DNA of 63,771 nt, the filler included, from Candidatus Nanoarchaeia archaeon (GTDB lineage Archaea > Nanobdellota > Nanobdellia > Woesearchaeales > DATDTY01): the NCBI GenBank assembly GCA_035290625.1. It is 4 parts of 4 records of this genome, joined end to end, with 100 filler letters (N's around TTAATTAATTAA, not from the genome) between each part and the next. Parts side by side here need not be neighbours in the genome. Positions count along the whole stretch, not along the records: positions 1 to 31,862 come from DATDTY010000075.1; positions 31,963 to 36,258 come from DATDTY010000079.1; positions 36,359 to 42,603 come from DATDTY010000080.1; 1 more part is not named here. One strand, written 5' to 3'. This document shows, in pieces, positions 29,115-36,359 of the stretch. The translations under genes were made by a program, and so were the position numbers. The notes beneath the pieces are model-generated. The model was not told the DNA's origin. It did no database searches and saw nothing but the letters and a program-made list of their open reading frames with translations. Positions within the stretch are counted from its first letter, which is position 1; every line of letters begins with the position of its first letter.

Positions 29115-29792
29115 ATGAAAGATCTTGACCTGCCATGGCTGGAGATGGCTCTACGCAGCCTTCCCGAGGGAACGCAATCATTGCTTGGTGAAGCAGTTCA
29201 GCATCTCATTCAGCAGAATGCAAGCCTGCAGCAGCAGGTAGAGCTGCTTGAACAGCAGGTCGGCATTGATGCTCTTACAGGCCTGTACAACAAAGGGAGG
29301 TTTGAGAAGGATCTGCTCGAACAGGTCTCAGCATTTGAGCGTCTCTTGGATTCACAGAGAGGTGTTGTGCCAAAGGAAAGCCTTGGCCTCATCTACGGAG
29401 ATATTGACCTTTTTAAAAGTATTAATGACGCCAATGAAAGCCATCTGTATGGCGACACTGTGTTGAGGGATGTTGCAGCCGTCCTGAGGAAGGAGGCACG
29501 ACTTCACGAACATGGATACCGCGTAGGAGGAGACGAATTTGCACTTATTCTGCCTCCATCAATTGCTGAACATGGGCTTGGATTGGCCAACAGGATAAGG
29601 GAGAATGTAAGCCAATTGCCAGATGTTACAATGAGCTTTGGAGTTGCTCTCTACCAGCGAGAATCTCCTGTAAAAAGCAGGCAAGATTTGAACGAGGCTG
29701 TAAAGCGGTTCAGAACGCAGGCTGATACTGCGTTATACCAAGCAAAGGAACTAGGAAGAAATCAAGTAGTCCTGTACCAAGAGCAAGTTTAA
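29115..29792 (+). CDS. GGDEF diguanylate cyclase with N-terminal coiled coil
   Basis: DALTGLYNK, DIDLFKSIND, GDTVL, YRVGGDEF, TMSFGVA, ADTALYQAKELGRN. Confidence 0.93.
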   Translation: MKDLDLPWLEMALRSLPEGTQSLLGEAVQHLIQQNASLQQQVELLEQQVGIDALTGLYNKGRFEKDLLEQVSAFERLLDSQRGVVPKESLGLIYGDIDLFKSINDANESHLYGDTVLRDVAAVLRKEARLHEHGYRVGGDEFALILPPSIAEHGLGLANRIRENVSQLPDVTMSFGVALYQRESPVKSRQDLNEAVKRFRTQADTALYQAKELGRNQVVLYQEQV

Positions 29793-29800
29793 ACAGTTTC

Positions 29801-30775
29801 TCAAAAATCCACCGGGAAAAATATCTTTCTTACTGCGATAAAGACTATATAGGCACCAATCAGCACCAGCGCCTTTGGCTTTGTGAGGGCCTTGCTGTTT
29901 CTAAGGAAATAATAAATGAGCAGAGCAGTTGCAATCTTGACAGGCAGATCATACCAGATGATCACACCTGGCACAGTATAGCCGGAGATCAACGCTCCCA
30001 GGCCTGCTGCAAACATAGGATTTGTGACATTGCTTCCGATCAGGATGCCTGCTGCAATATCCGGCTGCCGTTTCCTCACTGCTGCAAGCGAGGTAATCGC
30101 CTCAGGCATGCACGCAGCAATGCCGAGAATGATGACTCCATACAATGAAGCGCTGATATGTATGCCCTCAATAATCCTCAAAGAAGCATCAAGAACTCTC
30201 TCAGCTGCAAACCCCATCAGGACAAATGAAAGCAGGGTGATGAAAATCTGGCCAGAAAGGGATGCCCTGGACATTGCATCGTGTTCATGCTGCTTAGGCC
30301 GATCAGTCCTTTTCAGATAGAACAGATAAGCAATATAGCCAAAGAAAAGGACAGCTCCCTCCAGCCTCGAAATAAATCCGTTAAGGCCTGCGAGCAGCAA
30401 GAGAACCCCTGCCAGGATCAGCGCCCCTACATTCCTGTTAATCGATGGCCTTCTAACCCTGATGACTGCGAGCAGCCCGACTACGGCCAGCATAACGTTC
30501 TGCTGGAAGATGTCCGAGCCGATATTGGTCCCAAGGACAAGGCCAGACACCTCATCCATAGTTGAAGGATCGCCCAGAATCCTGAGCGAGCCTGCCAGAT
30601 GCGTAAAGATCTCCGGAAAACTCGTTCCGATCGACAGGATAGTCATTCCGACAAACCCATGAGAGAGCCTGAAGTGGCCAGCAATCCTCATGCTTGACCG
30701 CAGCGCAAACTCTGCGCACATCAGAATAATCACAATACCAACAATAAGCGTGAGAAACTCAATGACGAGGGTCAT
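29801..30775 (-). CDS. Ca2+/Na+ antiporter (CaCA family)
   Basis: GTSFPE..GTNIGSD and CMPE..LIGSNVTN alpha repeats. Confidence 0.9.
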   Translation of the reverse strand: MTLVIEFLTLIVGIVIILMCAEFALRSSMRIAGHFRLSHGFVGMTILSIGTSFPEIFTHLAGSLRILGDPSTMDEVSGLVLGTNIGSDIFQQNVMLAVVGLLAVIRVRRPSINRNVGALILAGVLLLLAGLNGFISRLEGAVLFFGYIAYLFYLKRTDRPKQHEHDAMSRASLSGQIFITLLSFVLMGFAAERVLDASLRIIEGIHISASLYGVIILGIAACMPEAITSLAAVRKRQPDIAAGILIGSNVTNPMFAAGLGALISGYTVPGVIIWYDLPVKIATALLIYYFLRNSKALTKPKALVLIGAYIVFIAVRKIFFPVDF

Positions 30776-30818
30776 ACCTTCTCCTTCATCTGTGGCGTTA
30801 AAAATCTTTCGGCAACAA

Positions 30819-30965
30819 GGGCTCCATCCAAAAAATGAAGGTTGCCATCATTTTTGAGAGACTCTGCGCAAGTATCGGTGCAGCTGGCAGGAGGACGTCC
30901 CTATGGAGGATGCCAGCATGATGCGTTAGAATGCGCAGGCGAGCCGATGTGCTCCGCAGGAGCAT
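30819..30965 (+). repeat. Structured intergenic repeat, copy 8 (right end lost)
   Basis: GGGCTCCATCCAAAAAATGAAGGTTGCCATC as in copy 3; central stem GCTGGCA/TGCCAGC; GCTCC-GCA-GGAGC. Confidence 0.85.
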
Positions 30966-31156
30966 AGGACTTCGGGTTAAACACCCGAGGCCCTTTTTAT
31001 CATATACACTTCATTTTGGCTGCCTTCCGAAGTGCGCTTCATGAGAAAGAGATAATCTCAAAAGTATTTATAGAAAGTAGACCGAAGAGGGGCACAGACT
31101 AATATTAAGATTAGCTCGGAAGTAATTTATTTACTTTCAAATACATAAAAAATAAA

Positions 31157-31862
31157 CTATTGATTCGTCGCATCAATCGTTGTCCTGACGCTCGTATTTA
31201 CAGCCTGGAAGGTCTGGCCTTTGTATTCTGCAGCATACGCGGCGGGTGTAAGGTTAAACAAGCCATTGATGAAGGACTCTGCAGAACTGAGATAATTGAA
31301 GAGCCATCTCTGGCTTCCCTCAGCAGCCACCTTGTCCCAGGTTGCCAGGATTTGAGTGTTGTCTGCCCGGAGAAGATATATCTGTTGGGATTCATAGACT
31401 GCAGCTCCGGATATCACACTTCCATCAATGCCTGCCTGGATTGCAGCATCGCCAAGGGCATCAAGGTTTGAGGAGCTGAGGCTCATCTGGAGCGCTCCTG
31501 AAGAGCCTGTTTGATTTCCTGATTGGCAGGATATGTAAAGGTAATCGGTCTCATTGATAAGCAAGGCATCTGAAGCCAGCAAGGAGCAGGTATGGTCTGT
31601 GCTTCCTGTGCAGTTTCTTAATGCAGTTCCGCCGAAGGCTGGCTCTGTCATGGCAGTGTAGTTGAGGTTAACATCTGCAATTGCACAGCTTGCCGGGATA
31701 CCTGTAGTGAGATTAAAGGTTGGAGTAGTGGTATTTGCTTCATACGGAGCTGTTCCAGGGCTTGGATCATAGCCCTGGCATGATAAACAGAAGAGGTTGC
31801 TCAGTGCAAGGCCTTGGGCTGAAACATAAAAGAGATCTCCAAGCGAGGTAAATCCATGCTCT
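31157..31862 (-). CDS. C-terminal part of a secreted/surface protein, truncated by the gap
   Basis: Frame open to the gap; TTTPTFNLTT, Cys pairs, NxT sequons. Confidence 0.65.
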
Positions 31863-31961
31863 NNNNNNNNNNNNNNNNNNNNNNNNNNNNNNNNNNNNNN
31901 NNNNNNTTAATTAATTAANNNNNNNNNNNNNNNNNNNNNNNNNNNNNNNNNNNNNNNNNNN
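31863..31961. other. Artificial contig linker
   Basis: N-run, TTAATTAATTAA (stop in six frames), N-run. Confidence 0.97.
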
Positions 31962-32010
31962 NGAGCCCTTGGATTCATAATCTTTATAAATCAGCGCAGG
32001 GTTTTGTGGC

Positions 32011-32688
32011 TTGGAGGCAGCAGTGGTTACACTTATCTTCAGCCCAAGGTGGTTTTATGGAATCGACTCACTGTTTGATATCGTCTTTGTGCTGGTGTCA
32101 ATACTGATTGCCGCTTTTGCGAGAAAAGCTTTTCGGCTGACGCGAGAGAGAAAATTCCTCTCCCTCTACTGGGCGTTTGTGTTTTTTGCACTGGCGTTTC
32201 TTGTGAAGATCCTCACCCATGTGGTGATATACTTCAAATACATGGATCTCAATGTGCTTAACCTTTTTTTGGCCTTGGGGGAGATCACCCTGGGGTTCCA
32301 GATAGGGTATTTCCTCTACCGCCTTGTCTTTCTGCTCAGCCTGATTATCCTGCTCAGCCTGACCATGCACATAACTGACAAGAGGATTCTGGTCATGCTA
32401 CAGATTTTTGCTGTTCTCTTTGCTGCAACGAGCATGGCCTGGCCGGTGGTCTTCCATATTGTTGGAGCTGTTTTCCTGTTCTTTATCTGCAACACCTGCA
32501 GGATGAATTATAAATTCAGGGGAACGATGCCGAGCAAGCTTGTGGCCTATAGCTTCCTGATGTTTTTCCTGAGCCAGGTGATGTTCATTCTCATGTCCTG
32601 GCACGACTTTGCCTATGTCCTGGGAGAAACGATGCAGCTGATTGGCAGCCTGCTCCTGCTTGCGTCGCTGTATCTTGTCCTGAGGTGA
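32011..32688 (+). CDS. Seven-TM membrane protein
   Basis: About seven hydrophobic helices; start uncertain. Confidence 0.8.
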   Translation: MEAAVVTLIFSPRWFYGIDSLFDIVFVLVSILIAAFARKAFRLTRERKFLSLYWAFVFFALAFLVKILTHVVIYFKYMDLNVLNLFLALGEITLGFQIGYFLYRLVFLLSLIILLSLTMHITDKRILVMLQIFAVLFAATSMAWPVVFHIVGAVFLFFICNTCRMNYKFRGTMPSKLVAYSFLMFFLSQVMFILMSWHDFAYVLGETMQLIGSLLLLASLYLVLR

Positions 32689-32690
32689 CC

Positions 32691-32960
32691 ATGAAGAGCC
32701 GGAGAAGCCGCATTGATGTCATCCGGGATATCCTTGCTTCTGTCCAGGACAGGCAGATGATCAAGCCTACGCATCTGCTCTATAAATCGAACCTCAGCTA
32801 CCCTAAGATGAAAGAGTATATCTCTGATCTCAAAGAGAAGAATCTCATCATTGAGACTTACCACAAGAACAACCGGGTTTTTGTCATTACCGAGCAGGGC
32901 AACAGGTTTCTTGCCGAGCTGCGAAGAATCAAGAGCTTCACAGAGTCGTTTGGGATTTAG
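32691..32960 (+). CDS. Archaeal winged-helix regulator (HTH_45-like)
   Basis: RRSRIDVIRDIL..KPTHLLYKSNLSY..ITEQGNRFL. Confidence 0.88.
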   Translation: MKSRRSRIDVIRDILASVQDRQMIKPTHLLYKSNLSYPKMKEYISDLKEKNLIIETYHKNNRVFVITEQGNRFLAELRRIKSFTESFGI

Positions 32961-33013
32961 ATCTGCCGCCAATAGGGCAATCCTTTGCGCGAAAACACCG
33001 TCTCTAAACTCCA

Positions 33014-33135
33014 AGGCTGCCGCCAATTTCGCGAGGCTCGATCAGGAAAGAAACTCGGAAGCGGAGGGAGTTGCCCCCTACGGGCGAGGTGCCGCTCTGC
33101 GCTGAAAACAGAAAGAGCCGAGCCGGCGGCAGCCT
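33014..33135 (+). repeat. Structured intergenic repeat, copy 9
   Basis: AGGCTGCCGCC/GGCGGCAGCCT; GC-GA-GGCTC/GAGCC-GA-GC; AGCGG/CCGCT. Confidence 0.9.
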
Positions 33136-33179
33136 GAGAAAGCACATTGGGCTCTCGAGCAAATCAATATCTTTTTATT

Positions 33180-33803
33180 ATGCCAGAGGTTACCATTCCT
33201 ATGCTTAAAAAAATACAGGGCATGTTGCATGCAAAGGAAGGCATTGATGAAGTGAAGCAGGAACTTGCATCTGTAAAGGGCAACTTCGGGAAGGATGTTG
33301 AGGAGATGAAGCTGCGTTTGTCTGAGCTGTCTGCTGCATGGGAGGCTGCATACAAGGCGCAGCAGGGGCATACTGATACCTCAATGAAGGCGCAGCAGGA
33401 GCTTATTGATGGTTTGAAGAGCGTCAGGGAGCTGAATGAATTGTTTGAAAGCGAGCTGAATGATCTGAGGATGGTGAAAAGCAGAATGCACAAGGCTTTG
33501 CTTGAGGACCTTAAGGAAGAGTTCAGGGAGGAGATTGCTGCTGTAAAGGCATCGCTTGTGATGGAAGCAGGATCATTGCATCAGCTCAGGGATGAAGTGC
33601 TCTCAATGGCTGGCCAGATCAGGATGATCAAGCCTGAACTTGCAAAGTTTACAGAACTCTCGCAGCATATCAAGAAGGCTGATTTTGACTTGAATAAATA
33701 CGCTCTTCGCCTGGACGAGGCAAACCGGGACAAGCTTGAGCTTCTGCGGAAGATTGATACTCTCCAGAAGCTTATATCCAAAGAGCGGCGCCTCAGGCCC
33801 TAG
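33180..33803 (+). CDS. Coiled-coil protein
   Basis: Heptad pattern throughout. Confidence 0.75.
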   Translation: MPEVTIPMLKKIQGMLHAKEGIDEVKQELASVKGNFGKDVEEMKLRLSELSAAWEAAYKAQQGHTDTSMKAQQELIDGLKSVRELNELFESELNDLRMVKSRMHKALLEDLKEEFREEIAAVKASLVMEAGSLHQLRDEVLSMAGQIRMIKPELAKFTELSQHIKKADFDLNKYALRLDEANRDKLELLRKIDTLQKLISKERRLRP

Positions 33804-33909
33804 CCCATCTTCTGGCTATTTCTGCCGCGATATTGGCCTTGATATGCGTGTTCGCCAGCAGCTTATTGATTATGCTATGAATGGTGGTAACTTTCTCCTT
33901 TGCCTCCAT
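33793..33909 (-). CDS. Candidate 38-aa small protein
   Basis: MEAKEKVTTIHSIINKLLANTHIKANIAAEIARRWARA; TTTATATA box and GGGGTGA SD. Confidence 0.5.
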   Translation of the reverse strand: MEAKEKVTTIHSIINKLLANTHIKANIAAEIARRWARA

Positions 33910-33969
33910 TCTCTCACCCCCTTGAAAAATCCAAGGCAATCAAAGTATATAAAGTTTACGAAACTGGAT

Positions 33970-34161
33970 CTGGTGAAAGTCGATGTTGCCGCCCCATGTG
34001 AGCCCTTTTAGTGAAAACAACGCAGCGACAAGGGAGTCGCCCCCTGCGGGGAATGTCGATAACCACGCAAGCAGTGCGAGGCGAACTGCTCCGAAGGAGC
34101 GACCAAAAATGCGAAGCATTTTTGAGTACTGGCGGCAACAGCGGAGCGTGACTTTCACTGG
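33970..34161 (+). repeat. Structured intergenic repeat, copy 10
   Basis: GTGAAAGTC/GACTTTCAC; TGTTGCCGCC/GGCGGCAACA; CGACA/TGTCG; both GAA hairpin modules. Confidence 0.9.
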
Positions 34162-34166
34162 AGCAG

Positions 34167-34298
34167 TTCAAAGGTTGCCGCCATTTTTTGCGAGGCTCAA
34201 TCAGGAAAGAAACTCGGAAGCGGAGGGAGCCGCCCTCTACGAGCGAGGTGCCGCTCTTCGCTGAAGACAGAAAGAGCTGAGCTGGCGGCAACCTTGAA
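34167..34298 (+). repeat. Structured intergenic repeat, copy 11 (tandem with copy 10)
   Basis: AAGGTTGCCGCC/GGCGGCAACCTT; close to copy 9. Confidence 0.9.
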
Positions 34299-34357
34299 AA
34301 GAGGGTTAGTGGAGCCGAAACCGTCTTCTTAGGTTCCTTGAGAACTTAGGATCACGT

Positions 34358-34510
34358 TCAAGAAACAGTTCCAGTTGTAACAAGCTGCATGAAGTCGGAC
34401 CACATCTTCAGCCAGTCGCCCTGGTTCTTTGTCAGCAAAGCAAGGAGGACAATAACTAGAATGACAAGGGCAAAAACAAATATCCTTCCGATCAGGGATT
34501 TAAGGGCCAT
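34358..34510 (-). CDS. 50-aa single-TM protein
   Basis: MALKSLIGRIFVFALVILVIVLLALLTKNQGDWLKMWSDFMQLVTTGTVS. Confidence 0.55.
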   Translation of the reverse strand: MALKSLIGRIFVFALVILVIVLLALLTKNQGDWLKMWSDFMQLVTTGTVS

Positions 34511-34715
34511 GCCAGCTCTTCAGGTTTACACCTATTTTAATCTTTCTGTGTGAAGGGCTGGCAGTTTTATTCTTTTTCCATTTTTTCATTGAAGACACAA
34601 TGGCAGCAGACTGTCATTTTCTGCGAAAATGCCCTACTCGGGTTTCCCGTAGGGAGCGACCCCTCCCTCGTCTGCTGCCGTTGCCTCCTGAACTCGGATT
34701 ACTGCCAAATCTGGT

Positions 34716-35420
34716 TTATTTCACATTGACGATGATTTTCTTGGTGTTGGAGTATTGGTTGATAGGGGTTTTCTGCCAGTCTGCGCAGGAGGGGGATGAA
34801 GAGATCCAACAGCAGTCGCCTACTATATCATCAGAGTCTCCACGAGTGTTGCCATCGCTGTCTTGATCATTCTGAGGGTCTACGCAAACACAATCTGGAG
34901 AAGGAGTGGTTTGCGGGAGTTGATTAAAATGTGTGCTGGAATCCACGCTATTCGCATAACACACCCTAACATCCAGTGTATGAGTTCCAATCTGGGCGTC
35001 CTGGTTAACCCTTACTGGAATTGCGAGAAGGCGCTGCTCTGTGTTTTTGATTGAGTAAGTTTTTGCGGGGATTGTGTCCAGACCATTTGTTGGTATGAGT
35101 GTGGCTCCTTGATATGCCTGGCCTTCGATGATATTCACACTAAACTCCTTCTCTGCTCCCAGCGTGTTCAGGATTCCTAATCCGAAGGTGTAGGATTTTC
35201 CTCTCTGCAGGTTGACCTGGGTTTTTGGCAGGGCAACTCTTTCTCCTGAGATCAGCATGGCCTGGAGCTCCTTTTCAGTCTGCTCGTCAAGCTGGGTCTG
35301 CAGGTCTACTGCTGTGCCGAAGAACTGGTAGACCAGATAGAGGCCAAACATGAATACGATCAGGCTTAAAATCAGCATGACAAGGAAATTGACTGAAAGC
35401 TCAATGCCTCTTTTGTTCAT
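34716..35420 (-). CDS. Type IV pilin-like protein (class III signal peptide)
   Basis: MNKRG/IELSVNFLVMLILS; Cys-rich insertion near the C-terminus. Confidence 0.8.
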   Translation of the reverse strand: MNKRGIELSVNFLVMLILSLIVFMFGLYLVYQFFGTAVDLQTQLDEQTEKELQAMLISGERVALPKTQVNLQRGKSYTFGLGILNTLGAEKEFSVNIIEGQAYQGATLIPTNGLDTIPAKTYSIKNTEQRLLAIPVRVNQDAQIGTHTLDVRVCYANSVDSSTHFNQLPQTTPSPDCVCVDPQNDQDSDGNTRGDSDDIVGDCCWISSSPSCADWQKTPINQYSNTKKIIVNVK

Positions 35421-35493
35421 CCTCTCTTCTTAGAGGGATAGGTATAAATAGGTTTCCCTCTTCTGCCACTCGTATCCCTGCAGGGGCAGACCA

Positions 35494-35916
35494 ATGAAGT
35501 TCATCAACAATAAGACCATCCAATTGGACAAGATGATGAATGACCTTGACAAGTTTGTCGTGAGATTTGTACGGATATTGGAGAAGCACGCCGCGTAGGT
35601 TATTGTTTCTGGGTATGTTGCAATACTGCTTGGCAGAAGCAGGGCAACAGATGATGTTGGTATTATTATCCCGAAAATAGGCAAAAAACGACTGATTCTG
35701 TTATACAATGACCTTATAGAGGATGGCTACTGGTGTTTGAATTCTACTGATTTAGATGGATTATATGATCGATTGCTATCCAAACATTCGATACGATTTG
35801 CTGTTGAGCCAAATGTTTCTCCAAATGTAGAATTGAAGTTTTCAAAAGATCCTTATGATGATATCGCTCTCAGGAATCCCTATGATTGCTCCGACAACAA
35901 TCATAGAGATTCCTGA
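35494..35916 (+). pseudogene. Nucleotidyltransferase-like gene with in-frame TAG, apparently truncated
   Basis: ...LEKHAA*VIVSGYVAILLGRSRATDDV...; TAG at 35596-35598; the D-x-D motif appears as DDVG. Confidence 0.6.
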
Positions 35917-36105
35917 TTTTACATCAATCCTTGAGACCCCGCAGAGGCCAAGGAACAATCTGAGGAGTGGAAATGCGGAAAAATAACGTTAATTATTTAT
36001 AAACCGGGAAGATATCCCAAGGATGGCAATTACAGGGCAATTTCATGCATTATTTTGGCTAATCCAGCGAAGATGTATAAAGCAGAATTGGGTTATGCAA
36101 CTGCA

Positions 36106-36258
36106 ATGAACCGATCAGAAAAAGCATTAGTGGTATTCCAAGGCAAGAAAATCAGGCGAACTTGGTTTAATGATGAATGGTGGTTCTCAGTAGTTGATAT
36201 TATAAGCGCATTAACCCAAACCGATAGAGCCAGAAAGTACTGGTCTGACTTAAAGGTT
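36106..36258 (+). CDS. Bro-N domain protein, truncated by the gap
   Basis: FQGKKIRRTW..EWWFSVVDII..ARKYWSDLK. Confidence 0.85.
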
Positions 36259-36358
36259 NNNNNNNNNNNNNNNNNNNNNNNNNNNNNNNNNNNNNNNNNN
36301 NNTTAATTAATTAANNNNNNNNNNNNNNNNNNNNNNNNNNNNNNNNNNNNNNNNNNNN
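36259..36358. other. Artificial contig linker
   Basis: N-run, TTAATTAATTAA, N-run. Confidence 0.97.
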
Positions 36359-36359
36359 A

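Noticed and set aside
33956..34291. Short ORFs over the repeats (for example 83-304, 7329-7517, 33983-34264, 55561-55857, 62427-62669) and apparent N-terminal extensions of map, sod, rtcA and coaE
   Set aside because: Shared peptide words arise from translating the repeat; frames are not conserved between copies and true starts follow TATA-like boxes.
10923..35598. Stop-codon reassignment suggested by in-frame TAA and TAG
   Set aside because: Core genes end normally at TAA (map), TAG (ftsZ) and TGA (thermosome); isolated nonsense mutations or sequencing errors are simpler.
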